Part shown: one piece after another, positions 49,868 through 63,500 of the stretch
Layout of the letters: each line of letters opens with the position of its first letter
Numbering within the stretch: position 1 is the stretch's first letter
Assembly: GCF_002113885.1 (NCBI RefSeq)
Contig: NW_018408252.1
Span: 389,188 to 453,187, forward strand
Source of the DNA: Mizuhopecten yessoensis
Taxonomy: Eukaryota
Reading direction: 5' to 3'
DNA length: 64,000 bases
Program-made: the position numbers and the translations under genes
The notes under the pieces: generated by a model
Database searches by the model: none
Told to the model about the DNA's origin: nothing
What the model saw: the letters and a program-made list of their open reading frames with translations, nothing else

Positions 49868-51551
49868 GTATTGTACTAGTATACAACAGCTTACAGGTAT
49901 TGTACTGGTATACAACAGTTTACAGGTATTGTACTAGTATACAACAGTTTACAGGTATCGTACTAGTATACAACAGTTTACAGGTATTGTACTAGTATAC
50001 AACAGCTTACAGGTAGTGTACTAGTATACAACAGTTTACAGGTATTGTACTAGTATACAACAGTTTACAGGTATCGTACTAGTATACAACAGTTCACAGG
50101 TAGTGTACTAGTATACAACAGTTTACAGGTATTGTACTAGTATACAACAGTTTACAGGTATTGTACTAGTATACAACAGTTTACAGGTATTGTACTAGTA
50201 TACAACAGTTTACAGGTATTGTACTAGTATACAACAGTTTACAGGTATTGTACTAGTATACAACAGTTTACAGGTATTGTACTAGTATACAACAGTTTAC
50301 AGGTATTGTACTAGTATACAACAGTTTACAGGTATTGTACTAGTATACAACAGTTTACAGGTATTGTACTAGTATACAACAGTTTACAGGTATTGTACTA
50401 GTATACAACAGTTTACAGGTATTGTACTAGTATACAACAGTTTACAGGTATTGTACTAGTATACAACAGTTTACAGGTATTGTACTAGTATACAACAGTT
50501 TACAGGTATTGTACTAGTATACAACAGTTTACAGGTATTGTACTAGTATACAACAGTTTACAGGTATTGTACTAGTATACAACAGTTTACAGGTAGTGTA
50601 CTAGTATACAACAGTTTACAGGTATTGTACTAGTATACAACAGTTTACAGGTATTGTACTAGTATACAACAGTTTAAAGGTATCGTACTAGTATACAACA
50701 GTTTATAGGTATCGTACTAGTATACAACTGTTACAAGTATTGTACTAGTATACAACAGTTTACAGGTATCGTACTAGTATACAACAGTTTACAGGTATTT
50801 TACTAAGGTATTGTACTAGTATACAACAGTTTACAGGTATTTTACTAAGGTATTGTACTAGTATACAACAGTTTACAGGTATCGTACTAGTATACAACAG
50901 CTTACAGGTAGTGTACTAGTATACAACAGTTTACAGGTATTGTACTAGGATACAACAGTTTACAGGGAGTGTACGAGTATACAACAGTTTACAGGTTTCG
51001 TACTAGTATTCAACAGTTTACAGGTATTTTACTAGTATACAACAGTTTACAGGTATTGTACTAGGATACAACAGTTTACAGGGAGTGTACGAGTATACAA
51101 CAGTTTACAGGTTTCGTACTAGTATTCAACAGTTTACAGGTATTTTACTAGTATACAACAGTTTACAGGTATTGTACTAGGATACAACAGTTTACAGGGA
51201 GTGTACGAGTATACAACAGTTTACAGGTTTCGTACTAGTATACAGCAGTTTACAGGTATTTTACTAGTATACAACAGTTTACAGGTATTGTACTAGTATA
51301 TAACAGTTTACAGGTATCATACTAGTACACAACAGTTTACAGGTGTTGTACTAGTATACAACTGTTACAAGTATTGTACTAGTATACAACAGTTTACAGG
51401 TATTTTACTAAGGTATTGTACTAGTATACAACAGTTTACAGGTAGTGTACGAGTATACAACAGTTTACAGGTTTCGTACTAGTATACAACAGTTTACAGG
51501 TATTTTACTAGTATACAACAGTTTTCATGTATTGTACTAGTATACAACAGT
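49852..51551. repeat. 29-bp minisatellite, about 58 copies, built from the exon/intron junction
   Basis: Unit atacaacagtttacag|gtattgtactagt; the first unit overlaps the coding exon end. Confidence 0.96.
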
Positions 51552-51669
51552 GAAAATGAAAATTAAAAAAGCCATTTCAGACATTACCATCTTCAGTGAA
51601 GTTGGTTTAGTAAATGTCTTTGGTTTAATTATCTTTTTACCATAAGTTATATTTCAACATGTGTTGCAG

Positions 51670-51951
51670 GGATTAACACCTGTGCTGCCGCCAGTAAAGT
51701 CATGGCAGGAGAAAATGTCAGTATCGAGAGTAGCTATTCAAAAAAAAGCATTGTCTACAAAAGCCACCTATCAACCGCCGTGGACATGGCACCTTTCAAC
51801 AGAGCAGTGATTATTATACGGGACCCATTGTACGCTCTGAAGTCCTATTTCCATTACTTGTACGGACAACAGAAAGACAAGGATCTTTCAGCTCGCAACA
51901 GAGAAGAGAAGCACACGGGTTATGCAGACACATCCTTGTTCCTATCGCCAA
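51670..51951 (+). CDS. WSCD-like sulfotransferase, middle exon
   Basis: Acceptor gttgcag|GG (phase 1). IVYKSH and 3'-PB AVIIIRDPLYALKSYF; donor A|gtaagt. Confidence 0.88.
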
Positions 51952-52000
51952 GTAAGTTTCTTCAAGTCCGCCATTGATGTTTACATATGGGCGACAATTA

Positions 52001-52140
52001 TAGAGATAATGACAGCAATACAACACCTACTCGTTATCTGACGTCACAGATAGCACGCGTTCTGAGCGGAAGAGATAATGACAGCAATACAACACATACT
52101 CGTTATCTGACGTCACAGATAGCATGCGTTCTGAGCGGAC
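52001..52140. repeat. ~70-bp intronic tandem duplication
   Basis: agataatgacagcaatacaacac.tactcgttatctgacgtcacagatagca.gcgttctgagcgga twice. Confidence 0.9.
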
Positions 52141-52573
52141 AGATCCAGCCACGACAATGTAGCGTGCAAGTGCATGTGTGCATCCGCGCAACGAGCGTCA
52201 TTTGCGACATGTGTTGTTGAATTTAGTACATACTTGCAATAAGAACTTATCGTAAAAATGTCTGTTTTATATGCAATTTGCGAATCTTGAATGACGAACG
52301 TTACACAAACACGTGATTGCGTCTATAAAATGTTCGATCTGCGAACAAAGAGTTGTTTGCTCAATTCCCATTAAATCGGATTGATGTAATAAAATATTTT
52401 GAAATGAAAAAATGAAAAACGAATCTTACACACCATACAACGTTAAGTGAGAATGCAGATTTGATGGTTCTTTCTTAGAACGTGAGATATATGTTTTAAG
52501 GTTAACAGGTCGGCCGCTAAACAGTCTATAAAAATTCAAATTTCATGTTTAGTTTTACACGTTTTCATTTCAG

Positions 52574-52968
52574 AGTGGACGTTACATGTGAAAAACAAAC
52601 TTTCGGTGTGGAAAAATAGTTATATATCTTGGTTTAGTTACTTCAAACAGAACTGTACGGTTGTCTTATATGAAAATATGAAACAGAACGTTTTGCCAGA
52701 ACTGTTAAGAATAATTGGATTCCTCAGAATACAGGTGAAGCCGAAGGACCTGTGGTGCTCTCTGGTTAACCAGGAGGGACGGTACCACCGACTCACGCGG
52801 AACATGTCGGAGACGAGCGTGTTCAATCTGTTTACTGCAAAACAAAAGGAGGAGGTTCTCAAATCTGTCTGTCAGGTTTCCAAAGTTGCCAGAAGTTTGG
52901 ACATTGATTTGGACATTTCTCAGTATCTGGTGAACCTCTCAGAGACGGCTGACACCGCGTGTCGCTAG
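52574..52968 (+). CDS. WSCD-like sulfotransferase, last exon
   Basis: Acceptor catttcag|AG (phase 1). W..W, VVLYENMK..EL..I..FL, C..NQEGRYHR; stop TAG. Confidence 0.88.
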
Positions 52969-53172
52969 GACAATTCACCAGACTTACTTGGGTGCATGTC
53001 AAAATGGTTTAGTCTAATCACGTGATGTCAGAGTTTCCATACAATTTCTTTACTTTAAGCGACAAAACTTGATTTTCCATGTATATGCTCACGAAAAAGA
53101 ATTATTCCTGCTCTTTCATTATCTACACATATGCAGCAAATAAGAAGCAAATTCAAACATTATATTCGTGAC

Positions 53173-54758
53173 CTGGCCCCGGAATCTCGAAACTTCTTAA
53201 TTCTCAATTCTTAACTTTCCATTCTTAAGCTAAGTACGTACTTAGCTGAGAATTTCTCAAATTGGTGTATCTCGAAGGCGTTCTTAAACATTTGAGAACG
53301 TACTTAACTAAGAATGTGTTTGTTGATACATAAGGGACCCTATTTGGAACTCTTTAATGAAAAAGGTAATATCAGTGTATGAAATACTTCGGGAATTAAC
53401 TAGGATAGATACTCCCGCACTTCTTTTGCAGTGCATTGAAAACCATATTTAAGTTTTCAAGCTAAATTGTATATTAAAAAACAGTTGACACCATTTTTGT
53501 TGTTATGACAGACATATTATTGAATGTTAGAGATTAAAAGAAAATATTGAATAATTATCCTAAACTGATTAAATTTATTTATGACGATTCATTAGAACCA
53601 TGACTGGACACTTTTTATACAATGGTATTGTTCATATGTTCAGATATGAATTCAATAGAGCGATGAAAAAAGGTGATAAATATGTACGCACGGAACAAAA
53701 CACCCCCTTACCCATTACACCACCACCACTCCCCATGGGAGGGGATAAAAAAAGGTTCCACACTTCAAATGAAAATGTCTGGTACAGAAGCCTATTGGGT
53801 TAAATTTGAAGAAAAAAAGTCATTTTAACGTGTTCACTATAATGTTAAAATTAGGGTTGTCAAACCAGACAAATTTACTAACCGGTTACTCGAAAAATCT
53901 TCTGACCGAGTAACCGGTTAATCGGTCAGTTCGGTAATCAAACAATTAACAACAATAACTACAATTTATGTAATGCTTCTCTCATTAACAAAGCAATGAC
54001 CTAGTTTTAAATGTGTGGAACGATATTAACAGGTTGTAACGAGATTGCTAATGTAATAAGAAATGCTATGACATTAATTGTTGCATTTACAACATTTCCT
54101 TTAAGAAATATTTCCTGGGTAAGAAATATTTGAGGAAAGGTGCCTATCATTATGCATGTATTCGCGATATGAAAATTTTACACTTGGGTGGGGTCAGAAC
54201 CTGCCCCAAATCCTCTGGTAAAATTTTCCTTTTCCCCATAACCGAATAGGCCATATCAGTTATTTGCCAATGTCTGATTTTATGGACATCCTGTGATAGA
54301 AGACTGTATTGAATGGCCCCAAATGCTGGTTTTCTAATTATATCCAAAGCGTTGACTAATTATGAATAAACAAATAAATAAATGAAAAATAACGATAAAC
54401 ACTGTGCCTTTCGTCTCCTTTCTCATTTCTGGCGGCTGAATTTCATGACTTATAAGACAATTACAGTTGGCCATTTTGTGTATTTAAGCACGTTCTTAAA
54501 TATTTAAGCATGCTCCTTACCATTCTCAAATATTGAGCCCGTTCTCAACTTAAAATTTGAGAATGCATACTTAAGAACCTTTGAGATACACTTTTTTTAA
54601 GTATATGCTTAAAGTTAAGCATATGCTTAAAGTTAAGAATTGAGAATGGTTTAAGAACCTTTGAGATACACTTTTTTAAGTATATGCTTAAAGTTAAGCA
54701 TATGCTTAAAGTTAAGCACTAAGAATGGGTTTAAGAAGTTTCGAGATTCCGGGGCCAG
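53173..54758. mobile_element. 1.6-kb non-autonomous TIR element (Harbinger-like)
   Basis: Perfect inverted ends ctggccccggaatctcgaaacttcttaa / ttaagaagtttcgagattccggggccag; many cttaa subterminal motifs; ~80-bp internal duplication at 54571-54730. Confidence 0.8.
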
Positions 54759-55649
54759 ACCTTTCCATGTTCTGTTCAAATATCTACGCGTTTTTGAGAT
54801 ATAATTTAATGATATCAACATAACCTCCTTAAACTGTAACAAAACAGAGAAACCCATACTCAGAAACTCCACAACTACCGTGTTTTTACGCCAGAAGAAA
54901 ACTCTCACAAGCCAAACCTTCTAGTTGATAAAAGGGGAAAATATCTTACTTCATTTCGGCATAAAATATTGATTCTTACATAAGGAAAAATGAACTAGTC
55001 ATTAGTATTTGTGAATAACGAAACGTAATCACTATTTAAATTCAATAAACAAATCTATAACTATTATAATCGCATTTCATCAGTGTGTCAAATCAAATAT
55101 CAAATATCATAAACGGGTGTAGAGCCCAGGTGGGTTTCCTGGACACGTGTTTCATTGTTTGTGGTCCATTACTGGGCTTTCAACAATTGTTATTCAATAC
55201 TCGTGCACATGTCGTATAACATGATGTCAGGGTCAAATGCATTTTTTTTTCGATATTGTATGAATGTTTGTTGTTGCATTTGAAACGGTATTTCGTTTAT
55301 GGTGAATTAACTTTCTGTTTAAATCTTGAGCAATGTTACACAAATTGCTTATACAAACACCCAGCTTAACACGACATTGTAGTGTACGCTTTTTGATCAA
55401 TCAGTGTCGAGAATTAATTTCACATTACTACCTGATATGTGACGTGTAAGAATGAGTCGTTAGGAGACACAGGAATAAGTCTGTTTCTCGAGTCTTTTCA
55501 ATTTTAGATTATTTTCAATGTAAATGACGCGTAAATAACTTACTTGTATATATGTGAACAACTAGGACTGGAATTCAGCCTAGAGTTGTGTTTCGTGTGT
55601 CAGGTTGGGTTAAGGTAAATTACTTATCTATATTAACAGCCACAAAATT

Positions 55650-55918
55650 TGGTGACGGGGGCAGTATTACGGGTGCAAAATGTGGTGACGGGGGCAGTAT
55701 TACGGGTGCAAAATGTGGTGACGGGGGCAGTATTTCGGGTGCAAATTGTGGTGACGGGGGCAGTATTACGGGTGCAAAATGTGGTGACGGGGGCAGTATT
55801 ACGGGTGCAAAATGTGGTGACGGGGGCAGTATTACGAGTGCAAAGTGTGGCGACGGGGCGGTATTTCGGGTGCTTGATATGGTGACGGGGCAGTATTACG
55901 GGTGCCGGATATGGTGAC
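55650..55918. repeat. 33-bp G-rich minisatellite, about 8 copies
   Basis: Unit tgtggtgacgggggcagtattacgggtgcaaaa. Confidence 0.93.
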
Positions 55919-56465
55919 TCAAAATCTTAACGTTTGTTTTATTATAAATCTGTGAATGACGAATGTGTGTTCATCAAGGATTTTAAACTAGAGCTCAGCT
56001 CCAAGTGTATTATGATACCGACAATCTAGTTGGATTGTATACTATATGCTTTTGATGCGACACAAAATGGTTAATGTTAATCAAAGCACATTAAGTCATG
56101 TACATCTTACGTGGTTACCAGGGCCAACTATGACGTGTAAACGACAACAATCTTGCCTGATTTAGGATATGTACACAGGAGAATGTCCGATTCCTGAGAA
56201 CTGAAATTCTTGATTTTTTCCAAATGGGCGTTGACATCTTCCGTTGCGTTTGCCAGTTCGAGATAGAGAGAACCGGCAAAGTTACGTCCCTTCCATAATC
56301 AGGTGATCTGCTTGTACAATGACTGTTGTCTTAATAGGGAAAAGTTATCTGTATAACCCCTGCTGGATTCAAATGTGAAAATATGTGTTTTGGACATGAA
56401 AATTTGTCGCCAGATAAATTGCCTTTCAACAGCAGACGAAAATGAACCTATTTTATTAGCCAATA

Positions 56466-56632
56466 CGCACCAATCGGGAACCTTCGGCACTTTCCGTAAA
56501 CGAGAAAATACGTTTTCTCCATTCGGCTAACCTCGGCCGATTCCGGTACCCTACAGGTACGGATTCTGCCGAGATGTGACGAGTGACTTTTTCTCATTTA
56601 CGGAAAGTGTCGACGGTTCCCGATTGATGCGC
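56466..56632. mobile_element. Fold-back MITE
   Basis: cgcaccaatcgggaacc..cactttccgtaaacgagaaaa pairs with ttttctcatttacggaaagtg..ggttcccgattgatgcg; also an inner inverted repeat. Confidence 0.75.
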
Positions 56633-57540
56633 GACACGGTGGCCGAGTTGTGTCATGGTGCGTTGTTTCTTCACTTCGCCCCAGAAAAGACGAGTTTCAT
56701 TTTTGCGGGACGACGAGACAAAACGAAGAGAATTAAAAGTTCATAAATACGAAACAATGAAGTGGCTTATCAGGACGTGTTGTTATTACTTCTACATTAT
56801 TATTTCATACTCGACAACTTTTGAACCACTTCAGTTTTAAATTACACAGTCAAACCTAACCAGAAACAATGTTATCTATAACATACGACATACATTAATG
56901 CTGAGTGATGAGAAAGTTTAAGACAAAATTATCATAATGATTAAGGCCAGGCCCCGTCCTGGTATGTCACAAATAAATTGTTTTAAACATTTAGGTGTGT
57001 TTTGTTTATTCTAAAAAATCAATCCGAATGTTGTGATCAAAATGCAGTAAAGTTGATTTACTCGCTTGTGTTCAAAATAAGAGCAATTTCTAAACACTTG
57101 TACACAAATTTACAACACGTTTAGAACGACAACAAATATATTTACCTTCGGGGCTTTCGACACTGTGTTGAGAACACACTGTTGTAGTCCCACATGTTAG
57201 ACTATGTGTGTAGATGTGTTTTGTCTGTGTTAGAGCTTTGTTACATAACGACAGGATACGGCTCCACGTACAACACTATCACTCTGTCATTATATATATG
57301 TACAGGCATTTATTACGTACTTACTAATAAATACGATGTTTTTTGTATATGCGATACGACACAATTGCTCTAATCCATAACAGCCCTCGCCGTATCACAC
57401 CCAAAAACACGTATCAGCCCTCTCCGTATAAGCCCGCAAAACCCGTATCACACCCCTTTTGAAAAAAAACAACGTTTTTCAATATTTCAAAAGAAAAATA
57501 GATCATAAGATAGTAGACCATTCCGTATTTTATTAGTAAG

Positions 57541-57700
57541 TATGTAATAAACAGAATAAAACATGCCTTTTTCCTCATCATACCCAGTATCAACCCTCGA
57601 CCAATATCAGCCCGAAGGCCTGAGTGCTGATATTGAATCTCGGGTTGATACTGGGTGTGATATGGAAAAATGCATGTATCATTCTCTATGTTGTACATAT
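57541..57700. mobile_element. Fold-back MITE
   Basis: acccagtatcaaccc..caatatcagc / gctgatattg..gggttgatactgggt. Confidence 0.75.
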
Positions 57701-59785
57701 CAGTATCTACGCGTATTTAAGTCTCTGTCCGGCTTGCTTTTCTGACATCTTTTTAGCATATGGAAAGCTAAATACATATACAGTAGGCCTCTAATATGAT
57801 AACGCAGAAATCATTGTCAAATATTTATTTAGATACAGCTCTAATTCAAAATCTTATGGAAGGCGTCTATCTATCTATTTCTGTTTACTTAACATACTAC
57901 TTTTGTAATAAAAACTAGAAAAGCTTAATTTCGAGCTTAAAACCTCTTAACAAAGGGGGAAATATGGACAAAAGAAAAATTGATACGGAGACCACTAAAA
58001 CAACAAGCATTGAGACCGTGTGTTCCGGAAGGGTAAGCGTCTTCTGATTCATCGACGATACCCGCCATACAAATCCGGGTCAGATCCAAGTATAGACACG
58101 TTTAAGGTAGGTATTCACCATTGTGAATTGACAATGTCATGAGTTGGAAAGCATGGACACTGGTTATCGTGTAAATGCCATCGACTTGCCGCTAATTTGA
58201 GTGAAGTAAAACAAGGGAAGTAACCAAACGTTTTCCAAGAAATTGTGATATGATGTACTAATAGCGTATTCGTATTACATGCCTCTTTTTTGGAATCGTA
58301 CGTCGGCAAAATAACTAGATATGTTAGTGGAAAGTTGATGTCACATCCGGGCAATTAACACGTCAAAATTCGGTGTTATATCGACATAATTCATTAATTA
58401 TTTTGATTTAATGTGAGAAAACGTCAACATCTTCTCAGTTTATATAGAAATATTTTAAAAATTGTGTTGACATGCATAACTCGGAAGTCATAAGTCAGTT
58501 CCAGAAATATACCACCATAATCCTTATATCGAGCCTCAAATTAAACGTCATCCACCGGGAGAGGGGAGGTCACTCTCGTTCCCTGTAACAGTACGAGTCG
58601 ATACTTTCAGTGATGTCGAAAGGCTAATTAACATTATGTAATACACTGAAGGGTGTTTGATTTATGTGTTTAATTATACTTGGGTATATGTATGTGCCTG
58701 CCCAGGTAGATGTATACGCCAGGTAGTTATTACGCTATCGTTGGTCTTCTGAAGAGTTATAACGACAACACTACATATACGACACCTGAGCGGGTCATCT
58801 AATGTTTGACTTCTCTAAAAGTCACGTAATATTAGTCACCTTTCTTTTTGTTACTGAGACTAGATTCCAATATGTAGCTCCTCATTTAGGGCGGAACTCC
58901 GACATACGACGCAACCGATCGCAAAAGAACCATTACTGATATTCGTTTTTTGTTTCATACTTTCATATTAAGCATGTGTATTTGAGGCCTGGTGAGGACC
59001 TTCTCACAACTTCACGCACGCTACTGTGCCAGGAGTAGCATGTACATATGGTGGATGTGGTATGATAATTGGTTGTGGGGTCGGAATATCTTAATAGGTT
59101 TATATAATAGTTAATAGAATAACCTGAAAGTTAACATTGCTAAGTCAATGATTTCCGGAGATGAGAATCTCACATGGGTGTGGTCCGTAGACAAGGAATT
59201 CTCTCATATCCGGTCATGTAAGATTACGCTGGCCATGTACATTGCAGGTAGCCATGCTTGCTGAATCTATCTTCCACATGGGCTAATCACATCGCACAGA
59301 AGTACAAAAACTAAGGGGAGCAACTCTCAATGTCAACAACTTACGTCCGGCTCTGTATCTTTAATTTCATTCATATTAACTAATTACATGATCAGTCATG
59401 AATTAAAACTTTGACAACAGAAACATAATTTGTTTTTTATTTTCAATTAAAAACTATATTTCTCTGCGCACTAAATGAGATGTACAGTAAGTAGCGTTGA
59501 TGTTCAAAGATGGCGCTTAGAAAATGCCATATGGAAAATAAAAAAGTTGAATAACAACTAAACCATAAAGTTATCATGGAAATGTGTTGTTTTTATGCGT
59601 GCAACGACGTTGCGGTTTGAGAGTATGGATTGCGGTTTGAGGGTATGGATAATTCATTTCTACTGCTATTTTTGTTTTTAAACCACGGAGAAAGTATTTA
59701 AAAACCTCGAAGATGGCGACCGTCTGTGAGCATTGAGGGGTGAAATATTTGCTTTTTTATAGGTAGATATGAGAGAAAAATACCC

Positions 59786-59929
59786 TTTCATATGTAAAGG
59801 TAGGTGGCTAGAGAATTCCTCCCTTGGAGATCATAATTGGGGTTAAAACCTCGGCACAGCCTCGGGTATTAACCCAATTTATGATCCCCTCGGGAGGAAT
59901 TCTCTATCCACCTCCGGTACATATGAAAG
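59786..59929. mobile_element. Long hairpin at the end of a probable TIR element (other end possibly ~59160)
   Basis: tttcatatgta..ggtgg.tagagaattcctccc..gatcataa.tggg / ccca.ttatgatc..gggaggaattctctatccacc..tacatatgaaa. Confidence 0.7.
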
Positions 59930-60559
59930 AGTCTTATAATCTCAACCAGAGGGTAAGAGTTTGGCTTTGCCGTGTGCTGGACAGCCAAACTGTTACCCGA
60001 GAGTTGAGATTTCCCTGTCAACGGACTATACCATGTTTGATTTATTTTCCCTCCCATACTCGAAATAAGCATGCCAGTGTCAATACTCCGTGACCTTCAT
60101 ATGCTTGTATTCCATGACACGTATGACTACAATCATGAGTATTCTACAGGAGTGATGAACCCTGAACATAAAATCGGAAATCCATTTAAAGCTCAACGTT
60201 AACAGTATTATTATTTAATAATCCAACCACGGTAATATATCAGTTAATATGTCTTAAAATAAGTACAAAATCAATGAAAATTGTACAGTCAAAACAACGG
60301 AACTATTTCAAACGCCGACGTCATAACGTCATAGCGCGTGTAGGCTGTCACCTCGGGACAGACAGGTTTATCTTTTCAAAAGGGCCCCTAACACAAACAA
60401 GTTGTGTTGAATATAAACTCCAACAACTCAATGACGTTGTCAATAGGAAGGTTTGTTCCCTTCTTCACGGTTCTATCTACGTTTAACCCATCCCTTATGA
60501 GCTTTGCAGCCTCGTCCACTGGTGTATTTGTAAAGAGAGAAACTACGTCATGAGAGTTA

Positions 60560-63500
60560 AAAATGTCGTCTACTGCAACAATTATGTCAGCTAGGTCCAG
60601 TATTAGAGTGCAAATTGGTGAAACGATTTCTGACAGCTGACTTTACTGGTTCGGCATACTGTGGTTTAGCCAGTTGTTTTCAGCGGTTTAGACTCGAGAC
60701 AACGGTCATTTCATTCTTTGCTCAACAAAGGAAACAGACGTTTTCGAAAGCTCGCAAAATAAGTTTTCAATTCCTGTTTGTATTCAAAGCATTAAAAAAC
60801 TGATTAATTCTATTCCGCGTTCCTTATTGAACTTTTTATTTACCTCATTTTTAATTATTAGTGCTTTACTTATCTCAATAATTATTTCAATAAATATTTC
60901 CATGCGTTTTATGGCGAAATAAACCATTCTTTAATAGGCCCTTCTCCATGTAAATACCCACTGGTTCTTGTCAACAGCGACACGATAAACTTCAACACAG
61001 GTGCAACTTAACTAAATATCAACAGCATCAATACAACAAAGGTTACTTCAACTAATAAAACAAATATAACCAAAATGTAAACTGCAAAACTAATCCCTTT
61101 CTTATCATATCTATTTTTAAAAAATAAAATAAAAATCATAACAATTTTTTTTTATTTGTAGTGCATGTGGTCGCCCGGAAGGAAAAAGCCCTATTTTTCA
61201 TTTTGTGTCAAAATTTCATGAAAATTGTATACGCTGCTATGGGTTGGTACACCAACGAAAACAATTGAAAAAATATTATTTTTTTAACACACTACTATCT
61301 GGTATATTATAATTTGAACATAACAAATATAATACTATATAGAGGCTTTGAACCACCAGAGACATCACTTCTGTATAAATGTTACATAAGTACATCAATA
61401 CGTAGCTATAAAATGCACACAATAGCATAACAATAACACATGCATAATTTCATAGCTACAACATTCACACTTACATAACTTTAACATAAACACAAATAAA
61501 TAACAATTACCTGTACACAATTACATATTATTTATGATTACATAACTAAAAAATATACATACAATAACATTATAATAACAAAAAACATACCTTTAACATA
61601 TTGTAACATAATAACATTTACACAACTACATAACTATAACACTTACATAACTACATAACTATTACCTATACACAATTACATCAATATAATTTATGATTAC
61701 ATAACTATATACACATCACTATATAATACACAAAATGACATAACTATAATAAAAATTACCTACTTTTAACATATTATTACATAATTATATTATATACCCA
61801 ATTAAATTACTATAAACTGTACACAATTACATACATATAACCTGTACACAATCACATAAATATAACCTGTACACAATTACATAAATATAACCTGTACACA
61901 ATCACATAAATATAACCTGTACACAATTACATTACTATAATATATACACAGAGTTTGTATTAGCCGAGTTAGGGATACGTGTACAGATTGATGTATGAGT
62001 AGATAACAATAGACAATCATATTTTATCTATAAACCTGCCAAACATGATTAACTATTGTCTTACTTGAATTTTACAAAACGGACAGATATATCTGGCGAC
62101 GGATGTTGATTGCTTTAAGTGTTTAACATCAAATTTAATCATTTTTCTTCCTATCAATTAACTGATATATATATTTCATTGATTAAATATATCTGTGAGT
62201 TTATCTTGGAAAAATTTCGTCCTCTTCAACAATTATGTTACAGATGCAGTATTACAGAGATAATTGGCGAAATGATTTTTGACAGCTGACTGTACTGATT
62301 CGGCACAATGTGACTAAGTGAATTGTTAGCGGTTTTGAGTCGAGATACTGGTCATTTAACTCTTTGCTTTACAAAGGAAACAGACGTTTTCGAAATCTCG
62401 CAAAATATGTTTTCAATTCCTGTTTTTGTTCAAAACAAACCAAGCATTTATTATTCAAACCAAACTGATGAATCTTATTCCAAGTTCCTAATTGTTTTTT
62501 TTTTAATTTACTACTTTGTTTTTAAATACTGATCCTTCACCATTTTATCTCAATAATTATTTCCATGCCTTTTATGGGGATATAAATCATTTTTCAATAG
62601 ACCCTTCTCCATTTAAATACCGACTTGTCCATCTTCTGGCCAACAGCGCCAAGATAAGCAAAGGTAAAACAAGCATTTTATTTAATTAGTTGTTATCTGG
62701 GTTGAAGCTGCAAACGTCCACACAGTTGCAACATAACTAAATGTCAACAGAATGAATACCATAAAGGTTACTAGAACTAATAAAACAAATAAAACCAAAA
62801 TGTAAACTGCAAAACTTAGCCTTTTCTTGTAATATATGTACATTTTTTTTTAAATGATAAAAATCATAACAAAATTGAATTATTTTGATTTGTAGGGCAT
62901 GTTGTAGCCCGGAAGAAAATAACCATATTTTTATTTTGTGTCAAAATTTCATAAAAATTATGCATATCTTGTAGACGCTGTTACTAGCAATCTACTGGAT
63001 TGGAGTACAAAAAAATCATTAGATTTTTTTTTTAATATAATACTATCTGGTATATTATAGTTTTAATATGACAAATATTTAACATATGTATAACATATAG
63101 ATAACTACACCTATATATTTATTACCTATACACAATTACATAAATATAAAATACACACCATTACATAACTATAACACATGCATTACTACATAACTATTAC
63201 CTATACACAATTACATCAATATAATTTATGATTACATAACTATATACACAATTACATCACTATAGAAGACACGCAATTAAATAACCATAACAAAAAATAA
63301 TACCTTTAACATTTAATTACATTCTATAAGACATACACAGTTCCATAACTATAACATATACACAATTACATAACTGTAATATACGCATATTTAGATTACT
63401 ACAATATATACATAATTATATGTATAGTACAGTGAACTACATTTCGTACACATATATATGTACGTGTATATTGGCTATCGCTGATGGTGATTAGCGGGTG

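Noticed and set aside
45239-51551. CRISPR-like appearance of the 24- and 29-bp repeats
   Set aside because: Units are contiguous with no unique spacers, there are no cas genes, and the context is eukaryotic.
55588-55917. (GDGGSITGAKC)n ORF
   Set aside because: Coincides with a 33-bp minisatellite; no ATG start or supported splice context.
58745-58775. Other CTGANGA motifs as hammerheads (also ~12087, ~25835, ~31775)
   Set aside because: No stem II followed by GAAA and no closing stems.
62682-62843. 53-aa hydrophobic minus-strand ORF (MYIYYKKRLSFAVYILVLFV..)
   Set aside because: A T-rich strand gives hydrophobic codons by default, and the duplicate copy lacks the ATG and has an earlier stop.
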